DNA of 40,881 nt from Caecitellus pseudoparvulus (taxonomy: Eukaryota; Protista; Bigyra: Bicosoecida), in NCBI GenBank assembly GCA_965644315.1, contig CBFFRQ010000150.1, positions 1 through 40,881 of the forward strand, written 5' to 3'. A program made the translations under genes and the position numbers. Positions 1 to 11,187 of the stretch are shown in pieces. How positions within the stretch are numbered: the stretch's first letter is position 1; each line of letters opens with the position of its first letter. Below the pieces are notes generated by a model. That model was not told where the DNA came from. It searched no databases and saw nothing but the letters and a program-made list of their open reading frames with translations.

Positions 1-1355
1 TAACCCTAACCCTAACCCTAACCCTAACCCTAACCCTAACCCTAACCCTAACCCTAACCCTAACCCTAACCCTAACCCTAACCCTAACCCTAACCCTAAC
101 CCTAACCCTAACCCTAACCCTAACCCTAACCCTAACCCTAACCCTAACCCTAACCCTAACCCTAACCCTAACCCTAACCCTAACCCTAACCCTAACCCTA
201 ACCCTAACCCTAACCCTAACCCTAACCCTAACCCTAACCCTAACCCTAACCCTAACCCTAACCCTAACCCTAACCCTAACCCTAACCCTAACCCTAACCC
301 TAACCCTAACCCTAACCCTAACCCTAACCCTAACCCTAACCCTAACCCTAACCCTAACCCTAACCCTAACCCTAACCCTAACCCTAACCCTAACCCTAAC
401 CCTAACCCTAACCCTAACCCTAACCCTAACCCTAACCCTAACCCTAACCCTAACCCTAACCCTAACCCTAACCCTAACCCTAACCCTAACCCTAACCCTA
501 ACCCTAACCCTAACCCTAACCCTAACCCTAACCCTAACCCTAACCCTAACCCTAACCCTAACCCTAACCCTAACCCTAACCCTAACCCTAACCCTAACCC
601 TAACCCTAACCCTAACCCTAACCCTAACCCTAACCCTAACCCTAACCCTAACCCTAACCCTAACCCTAACCCTAACCCTAACCCTAACCCTAACCCTAAC
701 CCTAACCCTAACCCTAACCCTAACCCTAACCCTAACCCTAACCCTAACCCTAACCCTAACCCTAACCCTAACCCTAACCCTAACCCTAACCCTAACCCTA
801 ACCCTAACCCTAACCCTAACCCTAACCCTAACCCTAACCCTAACCCTAACCCTAACCCTAACCCTAACCCTAACCCTAACCCTAACCCTAACCCTAACCC
901 TAACCCTAACCCTAACCCTAACCCTAACCCTAACCCTAACCCTAACCCTAACCCTAACCCTAACCCTAACCCTAACCCTAACCCTAACCCTAACCCTAAC
1001 CCTAACCCTAACCCTAACCCTAACCCTAACCCTAACCCTAACCCTAACCCTAACCCTAACCCTAACCCTAACCCTAACCCTAACCCTAACCCTAACCCTA
1101 ACCCTAACCCTAACCCTAACCCTAACCCTAACCCTAACCCTAACCCTAACCCTAACCCTAACCCTAACCCTAACCCTAACCCTAACCCTAACCCTAACCC
1201 TAACCCTAACCCTAACCCTAACCCTAACCCTAACCCTAACCCTAACCCTAACCCTAACCCTAACCCTAACCCTAACCCTAACCCTAACCCTAACCCTAAC
1301 CCTAACCCTAACCCTAACCCTAACCCTAACCCTAACCCTAACCCTAACCCTAACC

Positions 1356-1396
<41 letters not shown>

Positions 1397-4300
1397 CCCT
1401 AACCCTAACCCTAACCCTAACCCTAACCCTAACCCTAACCCTAACCCTAACCCTAACCCTAACCCTAACCCTAACCCTAACCCTAACCCTAACCCTAACC
1501 CTAACCCTAACCCTAACCCTAACCCTAACCCTAACCCTAACCCTAACCCTAACCCTAACCCTAACCCTAACCCTAACCCTAACCCTAACCCTAACCCTAA
1601 CCCTAACCCTAACCCTAACCCTAACCCTAACCCTAACCCTAACCCTAACCCTAACCCTAACCCTAACCCTAACCCTAACCCTAACCCTAACCCTAACCCT
1701 AACCCTAACCCTAACCCTAACCCTAACCCTAACCCTAACCCTAACCCTAACCCTAACCCTAACCCTAACCCTAACCCTAACCCTAACCCTAACCCTAACC
1801 CTAACCCTAACCCTAACCCTAACCCTAACCCTAACCCTAACCCTAACCCTAACCCTAACCCTAACCCTAACCCTAACCCTAACCCTAACCCTAACCCTAA
1901 CCCTAACCCTAACCCTAACCCTAACCCTAACCCTAACCCTAACCCTAACCCTAACCCTAACCCTAACCCTAACCCTAACCCTAACCCTAACCCTAACCCT
2001 AACCCTAACCCTAACCCTAACCCTAACCCTAACCCTAACCCTAACCCTAACCCTAACCCTAACCCTAACCCTAACCCTAACCCTAACCCTAACCCTAACC
2101 CTAACCCTAACCCTAACCCTAACCCTAACCCTAACCCTAACCCTAACCCTAACCCTAACCCTAACCCTAACCCTAACCCTAACCCTAACCCTAACCCTAA
2201 CCCTAACCCTAACCCTAACCCTAACCCTAACCCTAACCCTAACCCTAACCCTAACCCTAACCCTAACCCTAACCCTAACCCTAACCCTAACCCTAACCCT
2301 AACCCTAACCCTAACCCTAACCCTAACCCTAACCCTAACCCTAACCCTAACCCTAACCCTAACCCTAACCCTAACCCTAACCCTAACCCTAACCCTAACC
2401 CTAACCCTAACCCTAACCCTAACCCTAACCCTAACCCTAACCCTAACCCTAACCCTAACCCTAACCCTAACCCTAACCCTAACCCTAACCCTAACCCTAA
2501 CCCTAACCCTAACCCTAACCCTAACCCTAACCCTAACCCTAACCCTAACCCTAACCCTAACCCTAACCCTAACCCTAACCCTAACCCTAACCCTAACCCT
2601 AACCCTAACCCTAACCCTAACCCTAACCCTAACCCTAACCCTAACCCTAACCCTAACCCTAACCCTAACCCTAACCCTAACCCTAACCCTAACCCTAACC
2701 CTAACCCTAACCCTAACCCTAACCCTAACCCTAACCCTAACCCTAACCCTAACCCTAACCCTAACCCTAACCCTAACCCTAACCCTAACCCTAACCCTAA
2801 CCCTAACCCTAACCCTAACCCTAACCCTAACCCTAACCCTAACCCTAACCCTAACCCTAACCCTAACCCTAACCCTAACCCTAACCCTAACCCTAACCCT
2901 AACCCTAACCCTAACCCTAACCCTAACCCTAACCCTAACCCTAACCCTAACCCTAACCCTAACCCTAACCCTAACCCTAACCCTAACCCTAACCCTAACC
3001 CTAACCCTAACCCTAACCCTAACCCTAACCCTAACCCTAACCCTAACCCTAACCCTAACCCTAACCCTAACCCTAACCCTAACCCTAACCCTAACCCTAA
3101 CCCTAACCCTAACCCTAACCCTAACCCTAACCCTAACCCTAACCCTAACCCTAACCCTAACCCTAACCCTAACCCTAACCCTAACCCTAACCCTAACCCT
3201 AACCCTAACCCTAACCCTAACCCTAACCCTAACCCTAACCCTAACCCTAACCCTAACCCTAACCCTAACCCTAACCCTAACCCTAACCCTAACCCTAACC
3301 CTAACCCTAACCCTAACCCTAACCCTAACCCTAACCCTAACCCTAACCCTAACCCTAACCCTAACCCTAACCCTAACCCTAACCCTAACCCTAACCCTAA
3401 CCCTAACCCTAACCCTAACCCTAACCCTAACCCTAACCCTAACCCTAACCCTAACCCTAACCCTAACCCTAACCCTAACCCTAACCCTAACCCTAACCCT
3501 AACCCTAACCCTAACCCTAACCCTAACCCTAACCCTAACCCTAACCCTAACCCTAACCCTAACCCTAACCCTAACCCTAACCCTAACCCTAACCCTAACC
3601 CTAACCCTAACCCTAACCCTAACCCTAACCCTAACCCTAACCCTAACCCTAACCCTAACCCTAACCCTAACCCTAACCCTAACCCTAACCCTAACCCTAA
3701 CCCTAACCCTAACCCTAACCCTAACCCTAACCCTAACCCTAACCCTAACCCTAACCCTAACCCTAACCCTAACCCTAACCCTAACCCTAACCCTAACCCT
3801 AACCCTAACCCTAACCCTAACCCTAACCCTAACCCTAACCCTAACCCTAACCCTAACCCTAACCCTAACCCTAACCCTAACCCTAACCCTAACCCTAACC
3901 CTAACCCTAACCCTAACCCTAACCCTAACCCTAACCCTAACCCTAACCCTAACCCTAACCCTAACCCTAACCCTAACCCTAACCCTAACCCTAACCCTAA
4001 CCCTAACCCTAACCCTAACCCTAACCCTAACCCTAACCCTAACCCTAACCCTAACCCTAACCCTAACCCTAACCCTAACCCTAACCCTAACCCTAACCCT
4101 AACCCTAACCCTAACCCTAACCCTAACCCTAACCCTAACCCTAACCCTAACCCTAACCCTAACCCTAACCCTAACCCTAACCCTAACCCTAACCCTAACC
4201 CTAACCCTAACCCTAACCCTAACCCTAACCCTAACCCTAACCCTAACCCTAACCCTAACCCTAACCCTAACCCTAACCCTAACCCTAACCCTAACCCTAA

Positions 4301-4403
4301 CCCTAACCCTAACCCTAACCCTAACCCTAACCCTAACCCTAACCCTAACCCTAACCCTAACCCTAACCCTAACCCTAACCCTAACCCTAACCCTAACCCT
4401 AAC
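1..4403 (+). repeat. Telomeric repeat tract (TAACCC)n = (TTAGGG)n on the minus strand; left chromosome end
   Basis: Uninterrupted TAACCC hexamers from base 1 to ~4403, with one variant unit (TAAACCC, ~1375-1381). Confidence 0.99.
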
Positions 4404-4623
4404 TTTCCAAATGTCAACCTAATCATAGGTTGTGCATTGCTAACAATGCCTAATCCAGGCGCTCGTGCACCCAAGTGTGGTGTTGCACAGCGCTAGTGCA
4501 TTGCATTGGGTGCGCGGGTGAGCAGCAGTGCGATTTCCGCACGCCACGCTCCCCACGCAGTGCTAAGTGCGGCTCCGGCTGGACGCTGCACCACTGCTTG
4601 CCCGAAACCATTGCTTCATCATC

Positions 4624-7600
4624 ATGTCATCCAAGGCCAGCCAAGTCCTCGGCGTGCTCTTCGCGGACAAGTGCCTGGAGCAGCGTGTGTCAGGGCGGCC
4701 ACGAACAGGCGTGCTGACTGACATGTCACGCCGAGGGGCAGCCCGGACTTTCCAGCTCGGTGGCATGGACATTGACTGCACGGATGGCCAAGATGCATCA
4801 TTTTTCGTCCGCAAGTGGCTTGGCATCTTCGGAGATGAGCTGGAGGCCGAGTTTCCTGGAGCTGCTCCTGTGATGGTGCGCGCTAATTCCGCGCTGAAAC
4901 AATCCGCACCAGGGCAGACCATTCTCCTTGTCACGCTGCCGAGTGACGGTGAAGGCCCCGCCATTGCCAAGTCCCTGCGCGTTGCTGCTGCTGTGCGAGA
5001 AGACTTCATCATCATGTTGAAGGGGGCGGCTCTGTGGGCGTGGTGTACTCCAACACGCGGCAGTTCACGTCAGAGCGCGCCAGGGTCAGCGTGATCGCCC
5101 CTCCCTCTGTAGTGAAGGTTGCTCAAAAGATCTCTGAGGCAGCAACCAACATTGCCTGTGAGAGTGGGGATGTGTCCAAGATCTTGAAGCTTGTCCATGC
5201 CCATGTCACCAACACTCACTCCATCGCCAAGCGTGCTCCAAAGCCTGTCGGACACTCCGTCTCTCCAGAAGATGACGCCTCTGTCGACAAGCTGCCAAGC
5301 ACACTGCCAAAGCCCCTTGCTGAAGGCGGTCCCAAGAAGAAGAAGACACGGAGGGGCAAACGCAAGCCATCGACAAAGAGCTCTCCTCCTCGGCGCTTTG
5401 CTGAACTGTTCAAGGAGGGCGTCGTGACTACTCGCCCCACAGCGCCCTCCCCTCCATCTGCACCCGCCGAGTCGTCAGGCCAAGCTGCTCCTTCCCCTGA
5501 ACATGTCCCTCTTCCGTCCACCAGAGTCAAGCGCCCGACCTTCAGCAGATGGGACTCGCCCAGCCCACGCAAGAGACCTCCTCCCGTGTCCCCGACAGCT
5601 GCGGCACTATCGGGCAGCGGGGCACAGCCACCTCTTGCAAGTCCTGCAAACACGGCACCCACTACGCTGCTAAAACTTGCTGACTGCAGTCGCCGACCAG
5701 CACGGCTTGGACAGGCAAACCTTGACTTGGGTTCCCCCTTGCAGCAACTCCTCGCCTCTGCGCACGCGTTCCGCAATAAGGACCAACGACACTGTGTCCA
5801 GGCCTGCTTTGAAACAGCAGCAGGAGAGCCACTCTTCAATGACGATGACCTTGTCCTTCTTCAACACGCAGCCACCATCCAAGCGGCGCAGACATCCTTC
5901 TGTGCTGTGTTGAAGAAGAGCAGCGCGCGTCACCCTGGCACACCAGACTCGGAGGTCCATGCTGTCTGTGAAACAGAACCTTCCATGCCGACCACCGAGC
6001 AAGACAAGCTTGACCTCTTTCAATCGTTCCTGTACCGACATGCGCCTGATGATGCAGCACTCACCAGTGCCTGTCCACCTGTGCTCCTCCCTGGTCTTCA
6101 TCTCTTGCTCACGCGTATCAACGAGGGCCATCGGGAACTTGAAGGCGGCACAGTGTCTGGACACTGCCTGGTTGATGTCAAGGCAGAGAAAGAGATGACC
6201 TCCGAGGCAAAAGTCTTTGCTGGGGTGTACTTCGCGTTTGCTCTCAGCTTGGTTGACACTGGAGGTGTCTCCCACCTTCAGCTCATTGTCGTCAACGCTG
6301 AGAAGTCCACACTTGTACTGTGGAACCCTGACGAACCCTTCAAGAGCACCAACATTCCAATCGACGGCTGCCTGAACACACTCGACTCGATGGGCATTGA
6401 GTCTGTGTACCGTGTCTCATCCTCCCCGCTGAGTGGCAAGCCGATTCCCTTCAAAGACAGAGTGCGGCTGGCCATGCTGTCCCTCAGGTCTGACTTTCCC
6501 CCACTCCCGTTCGTAGCTGAGGACGAGACTGTCTACCCAAAGACTCTCATCACTGGCAAGACAACACGGGTGTACCTCCCTGTAGGCCGCACCACGCGCC
6601 AACAAGCAGCTGCCGATGAGAGAGCCAAGACGGTTGACCCCATACTGTCACTCATCCCAACATCTGTACAAGTCGCCGACCAGATCAGTAGCGATGCACC
6701 CCATACCCCTGTCGGCCGCGGAAGACACATGACACTCGCACTTGCTGCTTGGAATGTGCACGGCTCCTGCGGCCAGTGTGTCCACGATGTCGTCACCTGT
6801 GTCCAGTCTGTGTGCAGTGCGTCGTCCATGTTGGCACTCTGTGTCACAGAGCCTGGGGGGCACGGCCTGCTCGACACGGAAGTCATGGGCCTTGAATGCT
6901 TCCGCCCAAGCCCGCCTGATCGGCCTGTCGGGCGGAGTGAGGTTGCCTTGCTGCTTGATCGAAGACTCAATGGCTCAGTGATCCCGGGCCTCGACGTTGA
7001 TGGTCGCTGCATAATTGCTTGCTCGATCCCTGCAAGCCCACAACCCATCGCCATCATAGCCACGTACGTACCCAACTGGCACTCTTGGCAGCGAAAGAAG
7101 CCAGTCGCTGATCCGGACACGAAGCTTCCGTACCGGCAAGAGGTTTGGCGGCAGCTTGAGTCTGCTGTTCAACAGCTCCGCCTCACCCACATGATTGTCA
7201 TCATGGGTGACTTGAACACTCATCCAGGTGACGAAGGGGTAGGCACGTGGGGAGCAGATCACTGGGAGAACCGGACCGGCATTCCCGAGCCCACTGAAGA
7301 CATCCTGCAGATGCAGCTCCTCTGCGAGCAAGGCCCACTGATCCCAGCCGGACTTGGTGGCCTGCCAACGCACAGGTATGGTCGGGCTCTGGACCACATC
7401 CTGATGACTGAGGACCTCCACAGTATGTTGAGCAGACCACTGCACATCACAACAACGTTCTCCAGCGGGACGAAAAAGAGTGCCGCTCGACTAGTCCTCA
7501 GTGACCATCATCTTGTTGCAGCAGAAGTCCGAGTGAAGCCTGCCAAGCGAGTGTGGACATCATCCAAGAGCCCCCATGTACAGGCGGTGCCACCCTGGTG

Positions 7601-10600
7601 GACCTCAGCGACAGAGGCTGGGCTGGCAGCGCAAGCGATGTTTCGAGGATCCCTCAGCTCGCGGGCCACCGCGCTCCAGACAGGCAGCGCCGCCCCGAGC
7701 CTATCCTTTCTCAACGGTGCTATCGAAGCTGCGGCTATGGACACACATCGCAAGGCCAAGACCCCACGTGACCCTCTGCCCCAGCTGAAGATGGACATCA
7801 AGGCGGCCAGCGGGCTCAAGAAGTCCATGACTGCACGCGTGTCCAAGCTGCGGAAGACCATTGCCAAGCTGCACCGGAAGCTCGCACTTGCCACCGGTCG
7901 GCATCCTCAGCCAGACCACGCCCGTGCCATCCGAGAGGGAATCTCCATGGCCACTGAAGAGCTACACGCCACGCTTCAATGCCGCAAGGATGCAATGCGG
8001 AAGTGCACGAGGCTTGTGAAGAAGAAGCGACATGTCACTCTGTCCAGGATCCGAGCACGCTTGAGGGAACTCGCTGTCACGGATCCCTTCACTGCCCACC
8101 AACACATCAAGCGCCTGTCAGGTCGAGGTCGTCGAGCCCGTCGAGCTCCCATCAGGTCCGTGAAGTCCATGCAGGGAGTGCTCATCTCCTCCCCTGATCT
8201 GGTGAAGGAGGAGGTTGCCAAGCAGATGTCTGGCATCCTGAGTCACAACAAGCCCAGGCCAACATCGCTGAAGTACGGGCTGGCAAGGTTCCTTCCCTCA
8301 GCCCAAGAGTCCTTCACCCCGCCAGTGACATGGCTTCCCTCCAAGAAGCAAGTCAAAGTCCTCATGGGATCACTCAGCTTGCATCGACACCCAGGCTCTG
8401 GCAAGTTCCAATCAGAGCACATCAAGTATGCTGGGCCAGGCTTCCAAGACATCTACTCCCAAGCCGTCATCCAAGCGTTGCAACACGGCACCTGCCCGCC
8501 AGACTACCATGCAGGCATTGGGTCACTCATCCCCAAGAAGACGAGTGAAGCTGGGCGGCCTCGCACATACCGCTTGATTGTATGCCGCCCCCTCCTGCGA
8601 AGCTCTTCTTCTCAGTGGCCGCTGCATGCCTGGAGTCCTGGATGCAAACATGGGTGTCGAAGGAGCAGGCTGGCTTCACTCGACACCGCAACACGCATGA
8701 GCACATCTTGGCTCTCCAAGAGGTGATCAAGGGCCACCTGCGACAGTCAACAGCGCCAGTGCAAGTCCTGGTACTCTTCGTGGACTTCCGGGGAGCATTC
8801 GACTCTGTGAGCCACGCAGCCATCACAGAGATCCTTGAGGCTGCCTCCCTCCCTGCGCCACTCCTGGCCGTCATCAAGGAGTACATGTCCAAGGCGACGG
8901 TCTCCATCAACACGCGCCATGGTCTTTGTCGCCCCCTTCCTGTCAGCAATGGTGTCCCCCAAGGAGGAGCTCTGTCCCCCCTCCTCTTCAAGGTTGCGAT
9001 AGATGTGCTGTCGCAAAGGCTCCACGAGATGCCCCTCCAAGGCATCCAGGGAGTGGGCATCCCAACACCAGCAGGCCATGTCACCCACACCCTGTATGCA
9101 GACGACCTGGCCTGCATCGCAACGTCTGCCACGGCCTTGCACCGAATCTTCGTAGAGGTGAAGGCCATCGCTGCCCGGGTTGGCCTTGCCATCAACCCGT
9201 CGAAGTCCGGGGTCATGATCCTTGCCAACTCCGTGCGAGGCAGCCGGACACCAGTCAGTGAAAGGAAGAAGTTGGTGTGGCGCTCGGCTGCCCTCAAAGC
9301 GGGCAGCATGCTGAAGGTTGGCACCAAGTCCATCCAACGGGTGGCCGAGTACACCTACTTGGGTGTGCCGATGTCCGAACATCCTGCCAAGACCCGTGCA
9401 CTTACCCTGCAACAAGCTGGGCTTGCTTGCATCCAAGCCGGGTTCACTGCGGGCGCGCTGCTCAGTGCCACCTGGCTCGATGTGCAGCAGCGGCACCTGG
9501 TTGGGTATGCCACTGTCACGTCAGCCGCCGACTACATGCTGTCCACCCAAGCCAACAGTTCCCTGCTTCCGCTGCGCGATGTTGACCGCGGCGTCGCCCT
9601 CGCCTTGGACAGGACCCAAGTCGGCTCGCAGAGTGCACTCATGCGCCCCCACAGCTACGCCAAGCTGGCTCTATGCGGAGTCCTGCCTGCCCACATCCGC
9701 TCCACGCAACTGCGGACTGGGATGTTTGTCAAGGCTCTCCGGATGCTGCACTCGGACACCCCTCTTGCCCGAGCTCTGTGCCTGACCATCCCGCAGGCCC
9801 TTGACCTTATGCCTGCTTCGATGTCGACGACCTTCATCGTCGACACCATTGCTGATGGAGGTCGACTCCGGGCTGCCAGTGTCCCTGCTCCGTGGGCACT
9901 GCATGCCCTCTTGGACCTCTGGCTCATGGGCTGCATGCCAGACCTTGCACAGCTTCGGCTTGCATGTGCACCTGGCTCTGAGCATGCTGCCACAGCCCTT
10001 GCCCAAGTCCTTGCCGGACTTAAGACCACCCCGGGCCTCCACAGGTCTGCGGTGGTTGGGGTGGCTGCCAGCGAGACGTCGTCCATGGCCGAACCCCCGG
10101 CCTTCACGGCAGACACCCCCTGGGCCCTGCGTCGCCAAGTCCTCGCGTCGTATCTTCATGTAGCCCAGGCAGTGCCGAGTGCAGCTGCCCACTACACCAC
10201 CGACAGCCGAATCCCCCAAGTGCAGAAGCCCAGGCCGTATCATCTTGGGCCTGGTGCGCAGCACTTCGTGTGGCTACATCCACTGCCACACGGGGTGAAC
10301 CCCCTCTTCTGGGTCTGTCCTGATGACAGGCCCACCAGAGTGATGGTCCATCACTTCCAGACCTTACAGCTTCTTCATGGGGGGGACAGTGCCACTCTGT
10401 ACGAGTGCTGTCCGATTTGCGGACTCAACACCGATGTACAGCTGCACGTGCACATCCTGCTGCACTGCACCCACCACGAACTCACCATGGCACGCCAACA
10501 CACGATGACCAAGTTCAGAGAACTGGCCAACAGGTCAGCTGTGCCCGAGTCCGCGGCGGGCCAAGTGCAGTGCCTGCCCATCCCCCCCAAGATCTGCCAC

Positions 10601-11187
10601 GCCCTCCTTCGTGCCCCCGACCCAGAGCCGCGAAGCCTGCGGGACCTCGAGGTCCTCCACAGGCTCCTGCTCTGCGGGCAGTGGCCTCACCGGTGGGGGC
10701 TGGCCGACGAAGAGCAGCTTGTCTCTATGAAAGAGGCGGCTGTCCTCTCCCACCCCCACCTCGTCCACCGTGCTGGTCCTTGCCGTGTCCGTGCCCCAGC
10801 TGTATGGCAAGACATCCTGCGCAGCGCGGTTGAGTTCACAGCAAAGGCGTGGCGGGTCACAGTCACTTACATGTTGCGTATGACCGATGCCCACCACCTT
10901 GCTGTCCAGAGGCATGCTGAGTACCTGTGGTGGGCAGTACATGGGCGCGGGGCGCCGCTGCCTGGCCGCACGCAGCCAGTGCGGTCAGCGGCCACGCGGC
11001 ACACGCGCAGGCCCCGCACTCGCCGCAGGGCACGCACCTTTTCCCTGCCAAGGCTGGCCAAGTGCCGTCCACGGAGGGCAAGGTCCAGAGGACGCTGCAG
11101 CACTTCATGGGGCCTCAGCCAGCCCATGCAGACACTGATGGTGAGGGGGAAGGGCCCGATGGTTCCTGTGAAGAGAGCGAGGAGTAA
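4624..11187 (+). CDS. Retrotransposon polyprotein (~2190 aa reconstructed): N-terminal ORF1-like region, APE endonuclease, reverse transcriptase, CCHC finger; interrupted by 1-nt deletions at ~5015, ~8590 and ~11040
   Basis: Joins track ORFs 4567-5094, 5034-8726, 8582-11263 and 10927-11187. The shifts at ~5015 and ~11040 are located by homology to copies 2 and 3. The shift at ~8590 restores the RT motif YRLIVCRPL.AKLF. ATG 4624 aligns with ATG 12366 of copy 2. Confidence 0.8.
6730..7530 (+). other. Apurinic/apyrimidinic-like (APE/EEP) endonuclease domain
   Basis: Motifs AWNVHG, LCVTE, EVALLL, ATYVP, MGDLN, ALDHIL and SDH occur in canonical order. Confidence 0.92.
8350..9370 (+). other. Non-LTR reverse transcriptase domain
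   Basis: Motifs LIPKK, YRLI, QAGF, LFVDFRGAFDSVSH, NGVPQGGALSPLLF, LYADD, GLAINPSKS and YTYLGV. Confidence 0.96.
10405..10475 (+). other. C-terminal CCHC zinc finger of the retrotransposon ORF
   Basis: CPICGLNTDVQLHVHILLHC matches the Cx2C...Hx4C finger typical downstream of non-LTR RTs. Confidence 0.8.

Noticed and set aside
8350-9370. Telomerase (TERT) or Penelope/Athena-type RT
   Set aside because: The motifs (QAGF, DFRGAFDSV, GVPQGGALSP, YADD) and the upstream APE are typical of non-LTR elements; no TERT T-motif or GIY-YIG domain.
10480-11187. Second, restriction-like endonuclease after the CCHC finger (Dualen/R2-like)
   Set aside because: No recognisable RH..PD..(D/E)xK motif series, and none conserved in copy 3.
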